DNA of 64,000 nucleotides from Hemiscyllium ocellatum (taxonomy: Eukaryota), in assembly GCF_020745735.1 (NCBI RefSeq), contig NC_083409.1, positions 17,050,619 to 17,114,618 of the forward strand, given 5' to 3'. A program made the position numbers and the translations under genes. Positions 11,811-23,375 of this stretch are shown piece by piece. Position 1 is the stretch's first letter. Every line of letters begins with the position of its first letter. Under the pieces are notes generated by a model. It made no database searches and was not told the DNA's origin. It saw only the letters and a list, made by a program, of their open reading frames with translations.

Positions 11811-12344
11811 TAGACAAGACACCTTTTGCCAGATCCTTACTGCAACTTGATCCAGTTCATTCAGAAAGAGGAAAAGGACAATGTGCAGATTGGAGAACTG
11901 GCCCCAACACCTGGGCCTGAGGCAGGAGCCCAAGCTCCAACACACTGGCCTCACTTCACACCAACCTTCACACAGAGTGAGGTCATGAACTCCAGCCATC
12001 AATTCCTCTGGGACCGTGTTGGAGTGAGGGAACAGGGACAATGTCGAAAAATCAATAAGGAGTAAAGCAAGATGGAGAGAGTGTGCTGGAAAGTGTTTGA
12101 TGGAGGAACCATTCTTTGTGATACCCAATACTGACATAGTCCATCCATATCACAGAATGAACAAAACAGCACACCGTGAAGACAATCAAAAGTCTTATCA
12201 AAGCACTTCTTTTTTTGAAAAAACATAGCATGCAAAACTTTTTTCTTGTGGTGTGATCAATATCATGATCCAAAGATCCTCACAGAGCCCCAGTTTATTT
12301 GTACTGTTCGCTAATGTGGGGATACCGATGGGGGGGCTGGAGTT

Positions 12345-12432
12345 ATCCTGATGAAGGAGCAGCGCTTCGAAAACTTGTGATTTCAAATGAACCTGTTGGG
12401 CTAGAACCTGGTGTTGTGTGACTTCTGTCTTT
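12345..12432 (+). mobile_element. Short hammerhead-bearing repeat (third family)
   Basis: CTGATGA-A-GGAGC-AGC-GCTTC-GAAAACTT, then aacctgttgggctagaacctggtgttgtgtga. Further copies at 3265-3347 (-) and 9821-9900 (+). Confidence 0.72.
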
Positions 12433-13514
12433 TTATTGTTCGGGCAGAGTGAAACAGCTGCCTTCGCATAACTATAGAGTACTTGTACTGCAACTGAGGA
12501 TTATGGGTAATTACTCCATCCATTGGCCATGAACAAATCTATAGTCACTCCATTGGATTTCAGTAGGAATGACCTGTCAGTTGCTTCCTAGATATAATTT
12601 GATTCACCACCACTCTCTCCAGGGCAATTAGGGAAGGACTGACACATCAATGCCCCCCCTTCACCCCCCATCTCAGGAGAAATCAAAATAAATGGCGTAT
12701 AATTCAAATGATCAAACTGGTGAGGCTTGAATTCATCTCTTTGAAAGATTGGAGTCTTGGCCAGAAATAGAGCCATGACATGGGTGAACCTGGTTTGTCA
12801 GACAGAAAGGTGGAGTGTCCTTCAGATTGACACTGGGATCAGCAAAAACTGAATTACACTCAAAGATCTAACAAATGGCTATCAAAGCGTGTCCCAAACT
12901 GCAGAGAACAGCACTTTAGGCTTCACGTCCCCATCTGTATCCTAGCTTGTTGCCCTTCCCTAACTGTCCTGGAGAGGGCAGTGGTGAGCCATGAATTTCT
13001 CGAAGAGGATCTGACAGAGGGACAAGGTCATGTCCTTGGCCTGAGCACAACTGTTTGACCTGCTGTGCTTTTCCAGCGCCACACGTTTTGACTCTGAGCA
13101 CAATGATCCCTCAAGAGAATGAGCTGTGACACAAGAGGAAACGTGGGAGTGTTGGAAAGGCACCGGCAGCCTGGTCAGCCTGCAGAGGGGCAGAAACAGA
13201 TTTGATGAATGAGCTGATATCTTCCCGAGCTGAGATGCAGACTCAGGCTTTCAGAGCCACACAGTTTACATTGTTACTGACCGTGGCTCCATGGGCAATG
13301 CTCCTGCCTCATAGTCAAAATGGTCATCGGATTGAAAGCCACCTCAGAAATGAGAGCGCAGAATCCAGGCTGAGACTTTGGTGCACTGCTGAAAGTTGCA
13401 CAGTCTCTGGCACCATCATTTGAGGCTCCACCACCACCACACCCCGACCACCACCCCCCACCTCAGGGGGCTTGACAAGATCCCATTCTGAAGAGATTCC
13501 CTCAGGTATCCTGC

Positions 13515-14140
13515 TCAAAGTGTTTGGCATGCTTTCTTTCATTGGTCAGAGTATTGAGTACAGTAGTTGGGAGGTCACGTAGCAGTTGTACAGGTCATTG
13601 GTTAGGCCACTGTTGGAATATTGTGTGCAATTCTCGTCTCTTCCTATTGGAAAGATGTTGTGAAACTTGAAAGGGTTCAGGAAAGATTTTCAAGAATGTT
13701 GCCAAGGTTGGAGGATTTGAGCTACAGGGAGAGGCTGGACAGGCAGGGGCTGTTTTCCCTGGTGCTGAGGGGTGACCTTATAGAGGTTTACAAAATTATG
13801 AGGGGTATGGATAGGATAAATAGGCAAAGTCTTTTCCCTGGGGTCGTGGAATCCAGAACGAGTGGGCATAAGTTTAGGGTGAGAGGGGAAAGATATAAAA
13901 GAGACCTAAGGGACAAATCTTTCACACAGAGGGTGGTATGTGTATGGAATGAGCTGCCAGAGGAAGTAGTGGAGGCTGGTACAATTGCAACATTTAAGAG
14001 GCATTTGGATGGGTATATAAATAGGAAGGGTTTGGAGGGATATGGGCCGGGTGCTGGCAGGTGGGATTGATTGGGTTTTGGGATATCTGGTTGGACTGAA
14101 CTGTCTGTTTCCGTGCTGTACATCTCTATGACTCTATGAA
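13515..14140 (+). mobile_element. CR1-like LINE 3' end sharing its tail with the SINE
   Basis: KDVVKLERVQERFSRMLP...RGDLIEVYKIMRG; ends tacatctctatgactctatga. Confidence 0.92.
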
Positions 14141-14859
14141 TAGATTAGTCTCGTCATTTGTTTCCTGTCTGTGGGACTCACCATCTTGTCCGTGAAAGTG
14201 ACTGCACTGTGCTCACAGCTTTCAATATCCTGAGATGATTAAAAGACTGCACCAACAAGAGTTCTCTCTCCATGATCATGTAAAAGGGGAGCAATGAGCA
14301 AGTGATAATACACACTGAGCGCAAACACTGAAGCTTCAGCTGAAAGGCTTTTTGCACCATGTTAACCTGCTCCCTGGGCATTTCCTTCCAATGTCCGAGA
14401 TGGTTATCAGGCTGTGATGGAGACTGACAGATCACATGGAATCCTTCAGACAAGGTACACAAGGGCACAGTCCAGGCTTGCTGCAAACATTGGCCTTCCT
14501 TCCATTGAAGGGCAGTGAGTTTGTCAATAGCGGTTTCCAGAGCACATCCTCCCTGGAAATATCACAGACTTTACTGAAATGGAATGAACTGAAAGAAGAG
14601 AAGGAAATGGGAAGAATTAACCAGACAAGGGTGAGCATCAAGAGAGGTGGGAGCGTGTGGGAGATTCAATGCCATTAAAGAAATCCCAACTGGGTTTCAC
14701 AAGAAAAGCTCAAATCGTTACCAGGATATAACAGGGAGAATCCTCACTGACATAAACAGGCTGAGAGTCAGAGACCCTGAGCCTCCGGTGCCTGACTCTC
14801 TCTGAGGCATTACAGTCAAGGACTGTTCATGTGTCAATGAAGGGAGACTTGGTGACATG

Positions 14860-15160
14860 GGGTTATATTATAATCAATGATCGGAGGGGTACAGATTAAA
14901 GATAAATGGCCAAAGGTTAAGAGGGAACATAAGGAAACACATTTTGACCCGGAGGGTGGTGGCAGTCTGGGACTCACTCCCTGTAAGGGTGGTTGAGGCA
15001 GAAGCTCTCCCATAACATTGACGTATTTTGATGTGCAGCTGTGATGCCAAGGTATACAGGGCTACGGGCCAAGTGCTGGAACATGGAATTAGAATAGTGA
15101 GGTGGTTGTTTTGACTGGCTTTGGCTCATTGGGCCGAAGGGCCTTGTTCTTGTAGACCTG
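14860..15160 (+). mobile_element. CR1-like 3' fragment
   Basis: cagagggtggt...ttgggccgaagggcc tail similar to other CR1 copies. Confidence 0.65.
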
Positions 15161-15169
15161 TTGTAGATG

Positions 15170-16110
15170 TCTGACTCTGCCAGGACTCCAGCAATGTGGC
15201 TGACCCTTACCTGCCATTTGAAAGGCCGAGCAAGCTACTCAGTTTCAGGGCAGTTAGGGATGGAGAACAAATGCTGGTCTTGCCAGTGACACCCACATCC
15301 CAGAAAAGAATAGACGGCCTCAGTGATAACACCGTCACCTGAACCTGCAGGTTTCAAGCCCCACTCCAGACACTGGAGCACTATCCTGAGGCTGGCAAAG
15401 GCAAAGACGCCATCTGCTGGATGATCGGTTAAACCACTGCCCTCTCAGGTCGATGTGAATATAAGGGCTTTGTGACCATCTCAGGGAAAATCTCCCCAGT
15501 GTGCTGGCCAATGCTTCTCTTATAACCAATGGCATTAAAACAGATACATAAACAAAATACTGCAAATCTCAAATAGAAGCTCGATGCTGGAGAAAGGGAA
15601 CAGGTGCAGCCTCTGTGGGGAGAGGAGGAGTTAATTTTTTGTTTTATCAAAAAGGCAGCACATTTTTATTTTATTTTATTTTATGTTGTCTTACATTATT
15701 TTATTTAAATCTCGTTGAAAAAAAATTAGCCTGCTTGATTGGTACCACATCCACACACATCCATTCCCTCCACACCGACGCTCAGTAACGGCTCTGTGTA
15801 TTATTTACAAAATGCACTGCAGAGATTCACCAAAAATCCTGAGACAACATCTTCCAAAGTCATGATTACTTAAATCAAGGACAAAGGCAGCAGATACAAT
15901 GGGAACATCACCCCAGCAAGTTCCCCTCCAAGCCATTCACTAGATTGACTTGGAATTATAACACTGTTCCTACATTGTCACTGGGTCAGAATCCTGGAAT
16001 TCCCTTCCTAAATGCATTGTGGATCTACCTACAGCACACAGACTGCAGGGGGTCAAGAAGGCAGCTAATCACCACCTTGTCCAGGGCAATTAGACATGGA
16101 CAGTAAAAAG
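15170..16110 (+). mobile_element. L2/CR1-group LINE 3' fragments with ggcaattagggatgg...aatgctgg tail
   Basis: Shared blocks (caagttcccctccaagcca, ggaattcccttcctaa) with 26110-26820 and 47940-48500. Confidence 0.55.
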
Positions 16111-17244
16111 GCTGGGAAAAGTAAGAGTAGGCGTGCTTAAGGACCAGAAAGTGAGACTGTGATGTTTCAGTTTTTCCTGAACATTGGTGTGACCACATCT
16201 CAAATACTGAGGGTCTCTTTATTGAAGGAAGAATATAAATGCATTGGAGGTGTTTCAGAGGAGTTTTACTCGATTGATCCCTGGAATGAGTGGGCTGTGT
16301 GATGAGGAAAGGTTGGAAAGACTGGCCTTGTTCTCAGTGGAGTTTAGAAGAGTGAAGGGTTTTCCTGTCCCATAGTATTCTCCAACTCCCTATCTGCCTC
16401 CCTCATGGGTCATCCCTTATTGAACTGTGCTGTCCTGAGGCCTATAACTTCCTTCTGGAACAAAGTCTCCAGGTATCTCCGCCCCTCCCGAATGTATCAT
16501 TTTTTTCAACTCAGCCTCCAAGTGGGAGTTCCGGTAGTTTTATACATTCACTACACATGTATTTACGCTGAATCATTTCAATTAAATAAATATATTGAGC
16601 TCACTTACAAATGAAAAATATCCATTCCTTCATTGGACCAGTAATTGTCTTCAATCTCTGTTTTGAAGTTTCAGTACTTTCAATTTATAAACCTTCCCTA
16701 ATGGACATGTCCTGAAGCAATCTATTTAGACAGTCCCTCATACTGAACAATTCCCAGCTGATCTGCTTACCAGACTCCTATTCTCTTGTTTATCATTTTA
16801 TTTCATTCAAACCAAGTGCATGTGCAGGCTCCCAGCAGCTGAAGTGACAGTTCCAAATCCGTTTGGAAAAGCAAAGGTAGGCTCCGTCCCCGAATTCTCC
16901 GAACTTCCACACTGACCAAACTTCCCAGCATTCCCCTCTGTGTTGGCTGCACTCAGTGCTAGCTGCAGTATTAAGGCTGCCCTGTATTTATACTGTTTCT
17001 GATTTATATCACTCCATTCTGTTGTGCTGTTGTTCAGGATCTGGGTTAAGCTCACTAATTTCTCAGTGGAGAGCTTCCTTTCTTCAGCCTGAGAGAGACA
17101 TTACATGTGCAACCAGCAAATGGGACTTCAATGTTGGAATCTGTTTTCAGGATTGATGGGCTCGATGGTTTGATTCAATGAGATGAGATATGAAGTACCT
17201 GTGACTCTTGTTGCAATCCAACCTTCTCTGTCTAACCTCTTCAG

Positions 17245-17281
17245 GAGTCGACATTTCAGGTGTAACCCTTCTTCAGGACTC
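17245..17281 (-). ncRNA. Minimal type I hammerhead ribozyme motif (Penelope-like element type)
   Basis: Minus strand reads GAGTC-CTGAAGA-A-GGGT-TAC-ACCT-GAAA-TG-TC/GACTC: perfect 5-bp stem I, complete core, 4-bp stem II, 1-bp stem III and a UC cleavage site. Activity untested. Confidence 0.75.
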
Positions 17282-17380
17282 AGGGTGGGTGTTGGGGGAG
17301 CTGTGTGGTGGGGTGGGGATAGGTTGAGAAAGGTAGAGAGTATGACCTGATTGGTTGATGGGAGAGATGAATCTGGATGG

Positions 17381-19588
17381 CGTTATCGCGAATAATATGA
17401 AATTGAGTAATTTTGGTGTGGGGAGGGGCAGCTGACAGGGATGTTCCCTGTTGCCCCTACTGTTTACCTTGGTACTTGAACCACTGGCAGGGACTGTCTG
17501 AAAAGACCCTGAAATAACGGCACCGAAGGTGGGAGTTGGGGAAACAAAAATCACTCTCTACACGGACAATGTCCTCTTGTTTTTAGCTAACTCTGAAATG
17601 TCCATACCCTGGCTAATAAAAAAAAAAATTATTCGTCAACCTTTCAGGATACAGAATAAATTTTCCAAAATCGGAAGTCCTGCCTGTGGGGGATTGGTGC
17701 AGGTACTGAAACTGGAGGACGGAATGGAGTTTCCTTTTAGATGGTCACAGAAAGGTTTTCCCTATCTGGGAATTTTTATTACCCCTCACTTCCCGCAACT
17801 GTATGGAGCTAACCTTGTGTCGCTGTTTGAGAGGGTAAAGCAGGACCTGCAGCGATGGGAGGGAATACCCAGATCATGGCTCAGCCGTATAGCCTTGATT
17901 AAAGTGAATGTTGTTCCTTGGTGGTTCTATCCTGTGAGGATGCTCCCTTTGTTATTACCCAACCAGGTGCTGCGGAGGTTTGTGGGATGGCTTGGATCAT
18001 TTATTTTGCACTGTCAGCACAACTTAATTAAATTTACCAAATTGCAACTTCCGCAGGATATGGAGGGGGTGGTGGACCTCCCAGATCTGAAGAGTATCAA
18101 AGCAGCACCCTGTTGCTATATGTAGGTGAATGGGTGCGTAATGACTCAAAGTCGATGTGGCTTGATGCAGAGGCCTCGCAGGTGAGATGTCCCTTTAGAA
18201 ACTTACTGTTCATGGATAAGATGAGATCGGTAGGTGCGCATTGTGAAAGTCTGATTATCATAAATACAGTAAAGCATGGAGGATAATGCGGCAGGGTGGA
18301 GGCTATTTGTAGTTCACCCCGTTAGTGGGAGCCCCAGGATTTAGACTGGGATCAAAGGACTCCAGCTTCAGAGCATGGGAGCGTAATCGAATCCCCTGTC
18401 TGGGAGATTTATTTGACGGAGGGGTCTTGATGTTTTTTCGCCAATTAGGTCAGAAATATGAAATCCCTAATTGGGATCTTTTCCGATATTTCCAGGTTAG
18501 GGATTACATACAGAAGAAGACTACGTTCTTGACCCAGCCCAACAAGTCGGATATAGAATGAAGAGTGCTCCGATGAGGGGGCACTCTTTCAGTTAGTACC
18601 TCATATCATCTGCAGAGAGGGAATGCCTTGGGGGAATTGGAGAGAGTCAGGGAGATTTGGAATCAGGAGTTAAGGGAAGAAATCTCATCAGAAATGTAGG
18701 AGGATTAATGAGGGAATGTAAAGAAAATTTCAATCTACAATAAGGCACAAGCAATGCAATTGAAGATCCTCCCCAGGACCCAAATGGAGCCAGAGAGGTT
18801 AGCAAAGTTTAAGAAAGGGTCTTCCCCGAAATGTCCCAAATGTAAAAACAGTATTGACATCCTTACACATTGCTTTTGGTCCTGTTACAAGATCCTTGAA
18901 TCCTGGGGGGGCCAAAGTGAATGAGCTGGAGACAATCCTGGGAATGGAAGTTTGGGAGGATCTGGTGTCCCTCCTTTTGGGAACGACCGAAACTTCCCTC
19001 TTTGGGTGAGCACGGGAAGAGGTTATTCAACATTCTTACACATTGTGTGAGGAAGGACATCCTAATGAATTGAATATCAGCAAAGCCTCCAGGTCTTTCA
19101 GGGTGGCACAGACTTGTGATGGAGCACGTCCCTCAAGATTACCTGACAGTATGGGGCACCACGGAATGGAGCAATTTTATAAGACATGGCGGCCCTTTCT
19201 AATTTACATCAACATGGATCTGTCGGCAGTACTGATTAGGGCCTTTATAGAGGCACGAGGGCTGTATGTGGTGGTCCGGGGATGACAGGGATGGGGGGTG
19301 GGGGGGGTGTGGTCTCATAAATACGGGTATAATCACTGTTGTTCCTGTGGACAGGAGCTTTGATGGAGAGTGCGGCGAGTGGAGTCATGTAATATAGTAC
19401 AAGTAGTGCAATTTAATTTTAATGGATTGTACTTAAATTTAGTGTTATTTTATTTAATTTGAGTTTGTGCTGATTTGTTTTAAGTTAAGCAAAATATGAG
19501 ACAACTGTATCTTGAACAGTAGCCGGCGGTTTATTCACATTACTGTATTATAATATAATATTTTTTCAATAAATATTTACTAAAAAAA
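17381..19588 (+). mobile_element. 5'-truncated L1/Tx1-clade LINE, decayed ORF2 (RT C-terminal half plus CCHC knuckle), 3' UTR and poly(A)
   Basis: GRGS*QGCSLLPLLFTLVLEPLA (RGTRQGCPLSPLLF-like), KITLYTDNVLLFL (YADD box), YLGIFIT, CPKC...HCFWSC at about 18830-18885, AATAAA at 19568-19573 and an A-tail. Multiple stops and frameshifts. Confidence 0.9.
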
Positions 19589-19685
19589 GAGGAACATTCG
19601 AGAAAATTAACAGACAGAAGCACCATGCAATAGAAATGATCAGGAGTGGTGAGAAAGGAGGGAGAAAAAGAGATTCCTGTAGTAT

Positions 19686-19770
19686 GGAGAGAGAGAGAGA
19701 GAGCAAAAGAGAATGAGTTCTGAAGGGGAGAGAGAGAGAGTTCTGAATGAGAGAGAGAGAGAGAGAGAGT
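19686..19770 (+). repeat. Interrupted (GA)n microsatellite
   Basis: Three (GA)n runs separated by gttctgaa. Confidence 0.9.
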
Positions 19771-20439
19771 TCAGAAGAAGTTCTGAATTAGTGCAAGTGA
19801 TCTCAAAAGCTGCTCAAAGTTTTCAACGTTTTCCTGAAAATCACAAATACAGTCCATTTACATGAATAAAAATCAATTGTCCTTTCTGAAATAATTTAAA
19901 ACCAAAAAATAAAATCAAGACTTATAATGAAGTAAGTGCAAGTATTTAAAATCCTCAATACTTCTGCCTTCCACTTCAGTCATGCAGATATAGTCCTCCT
20001 CACTCAGAGGGAGTATTCAGTGTCTGGTATCAGCCATTGTTCAGAGTCTCAGAGCTAACATACACCAAACACATATCATCGCACCACTAGATATACTTTT
20101 TAAAAAGGTAAACGTAGGTGTAAATACAAAACAAAATTAAATGTGCAATCTTCTTTGAATTCAAGTCCATGCTACAGTTTGGATAAATAAATGGGATCGG
20201 GTTGTATATAAATAGGTCAGGAGAAAGGTTGGCACTTTTGGTATCCACATCCTGCCAGTCGGCTGACTCCAGTAAGGATCGATATCCCAAACCACCTACT
20301 TATTGAGGAAATTCTATGCCAGATGTCAAAACTCAATCAGAGAGAGGAGTTTAGAGGCCGAGGTGGATTCTCTTCTGCTCGGGGCATGAGGTTTGGTTTT
20401 TTTCTGGAGTCCACAAGTTGGCCGATGGCATGGCCCATG

Positions 20440-20604
20440 TTAGGATAACATGAGTTTTAACTGTTGCCCCTGAATCTGATTCAGTACATTTATTGTGTCT
20501 TTTATCAGAACTTCAAAAATATAATCTGCCAACTGCATCTTCACACAAAGCTCATCCTCATCATAATTCACCCATTGGGCTTCCTCCTCATAAAGCTCTT
20601 GAAC
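20440..20604 (-). CDS. CEP350: CEP350-like terminal exon (VQELYEEEAQWVNYDEDELCVKMQLADYIFEVLIKDTINVLNQIQGQQLKLMLS*)
   Basis: Not in the ORF track. ttttttctggcAG acceptor, TAA at 20440-20442; near-identical to the human C-terminus. Confidence 0.96.
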   Translation of the reverse strand, partial: VQELYEEEAQWVNYDEDELCVKMQLADYIFEVLIKDTINVLNQIQGQQLKLMLS

Positions 20605-20899
20605 CTGCCAGAAAAAACAGAGGGGGTGTTATTGTTTTTATATCAAGATTTATTTGTTACAGCTCTTTCCTCTCGTACTGAGCAGCGTTTGCCCTGAAAT
20701 CACTCAGACTGCAGGCCTCCCACTTTCCTTGTGTCCAGTATCACACAAGTGGCCATTCCCACACAGCAAGTGGAGCTTGGACAGGAGTTCTGGAGGGCTC
20801 ACTGCGAGATCAATGGAGAGTCACTAGTTATTCTTGTACAAAACAATACCAAGTCTGAGAAGGTTAAGGACTGGCTACATAAATTAGGTCTGACCTGAA

Positions 20900-21335
20900 T
20901 ATTTCCAGCATTTTTTACTTTTATTTGATAAACGAGGCCTGCATTCTCTTGAGTAAAGATGACTAGGGGATGGATCTATAGAAGTGACTGAGATGATTAA
21001 ACGATTTGACAGCGAAGGAAGTGAGAAACTAGTTCCTTTAGCGAGGCATGCCAGAAATAGGGCATGCAGGAAAATAAGACTTAGGTTGATTAGGGGGATG
21101 ATGTGAAGAAGCCTTTTGTCACACAAACAATACTAAAATAATCTGGTTCCTTCCAGCCTTAAAAACTATTGTGACTGTTACAGCATTTCAATACGAGTGT
21201 TGACAGATATTTGTAAGGTCAAATAACAGTTCGGAAAAATTAGGAGATCAATATACAGAGGTAGATACAAATCAGCTATGATTAGGAGTACGAGAACAGA
21301 CTGAAGGGAGCTGCTGGCTTAATCCTGTTCCTACC
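20900..21335 (+). mobile_element. Degraded CR1-like 3' fragment
   Basis: gggatggatctatagaagtg...ggcttaatcctgttcctac resembles other CR1 3' ends. Confidence 0.55.
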
Positions 21336-22789
21336 TGGTTTTGAATTTGATTCCAATGCCACAACTCCTCAAACCAGTGAGATCAATCACCAATATTGCC
21401 AGTAACATAATAAACGAGTGGAGATGTTTTACTCAGTATGCACAACCAGAAAGGAATACCCACCACAAGGAAAGAGCTGGTGAGTGTAACTGAATTACAC
21501 GTTTTAACTTTAGGCTGGCCCTCTGCCCTGGTGTAGCTGTGGCCTGACGGTATCACTACTTGAGCTGGTGCAGAGCAGAGACTTCCAACCCTTGCCTAAT
21601 GGACGCACACTATCAGCTGGAAATGTTTGATCCAAAGAGGGAAAAAAAGCAATGATTTGAAATTTTTGGCATACCAAGCACCCAATTTTTTAAAACTTCA
21701 GTGTTGGGATGCATGTTGCCACCCCCCCACCCCCCCCACCATTTCTCTTTGGAAAGATATTTATCTTGAAGTGCTACAGCCTGCGTGTTGAAGGTACTCC
21801 CACAGCACTGCAAGCTCAGGGATTCCAGGAGATTAACCATGTAAATATAAAAGGAAAGGTGATATCTGACCAAGTCAAGGTGGTGGTGTGGCCTGAAGAT
21901 AACGGTGTTCTTACAGACCTGTTAAACTCATCAATCTGCTGACACATGTTGTGCTGTGACACACCAACACATGGGGAGGACTGGAAAGGTCTGCAAAAAC
22001 TGTCTTCTAATTTTTCTATACTTTTGATTTTGGACTCAAATGGGGATAAAGCAATTTTAAAACCCAAGGATTGTTCAGGGATTGCTGGCACTTTTCAGTA
22101 GCAAGTTCCCTGACACACACTAAGTGCTACTCACTTTCAAACAAGCTCCAGCCAAGGGCTGTGTTCAATGGGAGCTTCAGTCAATAGTAAGTAGCTAACT
22201 AGTCACTAGGCCACAGACAAATATCCTTCGGACAAAAACGGAGATTGGCTCCCAGGTAGCTGATCAGCCGAGGCTGTATACAAGTGAATTGAGAAATCAC
22301 CAGATCTCCACAAGTTGAGGATCTGTCTCCGCAGTGAAAAGTCTGAAGAAAACCAGCTTCTTTTCCCTTCAGCACTTGCTGTAAGCTGTGGCTATTAATT
22401 GATAAGTCGCAGACTTGTACATGTGTGAACTAGTCACCCTGTGCCTCCTGAAAACAAATGGAAGCATCTGGAGAAGGAAGATCAAGGAACAGCATTCTGA
22501 TCAGCACAAGGATTATCTCAAGAAAAGCGATCAATAGGTACCATGGAAGTACGTTCCCAGTCTTTCTCTTTATGCAAAACACCCAGTGCACTTTGTCCCT
22601 GTTTTTCTATCTGTGTATGTGTAATGAGGAATGCATGTGGGAGGGGTTGTTAGTTTTAGTTAGTAGTTATATGCCAGTGGTTGGTAATTATTTGCATTTT
22701 TTTGTAACAAACTGTAACTCTTGTTAAGCAAAGAACCCTGACCTGTACTTTCTGTAAAACTGGGTCTAAAAGACAGGTAAGTGAGGAAC

Positions 22790-22975
22790 TAAAAGAGAAA
22801 ATGCTGGACAACCTCAGCAGGTCTGGCAGCATCTGTAAGGAGAGAAAAGAGCTGACATTTCGAGTCTAACTGACTCTTTTCTCTCCTTACAGATGCTGCC
22901 AGACCTACTGAGATTTTCCAGCATTTTCTCTTCTGGTTTCAGATTCCTGCATCTGCAGTAATTTGCTTTCATTAG
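22790..22975. mobile_element. Palindromic element (second family), hammerhead cores deleted
   Basis: gagaaaatgctgga...ggtctggcagcatctgtaaggagagaaaagag / ctcttttctctccttacagatgctgccagacc...ccagcattttctc. Confidence 0.8.
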
Positions 22976-23252
22976 GTGAGTGAGGAATTCAATGTACTTC
23001 TGAATTTCTTTGAAACTTTTGTGGCAACTAATGAATTTCAGCAAATTACTCCAGTGAGGGCCAAGTTTTCAATTCAGTCAGAAAGTTGAAGCATTTTCTG
23101 GACAAATGCAGGATAGCCAGACAGGTCAGCCAAAGACAGATAAAGCCTTTGTCATTTAAAATAATAGAAAATTCAGATGTACAATGAGGTTTCGTAATTG
23201 TGATACAATGGTACAATATAAAACTGAACAGTTCCTAAACTGAAGCACCTAC

Positions 23253-23375
23253 CAAAATATGGTCCACCCGATCACGTTGTTTGGTGCCAAATTTCTTCAA
23301 CTTCTGCCAAGTCGTCTTCTGATGTTGCTCTTCATTCAACCCAAATAACTTCAAAACTTCATTAGAAATGAAGAT
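23253..23375 (-). CDS. CEP350: CEP350-like exon (IFISNEVLKLF...WQKLKKFGTKQRDRVDHIL)
   Basis: 123 nt, phase 0 to 0; matches SFIASEVLKLF...WQKMMKFGRKKRDRVDHIL. Confidence 0.94.
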
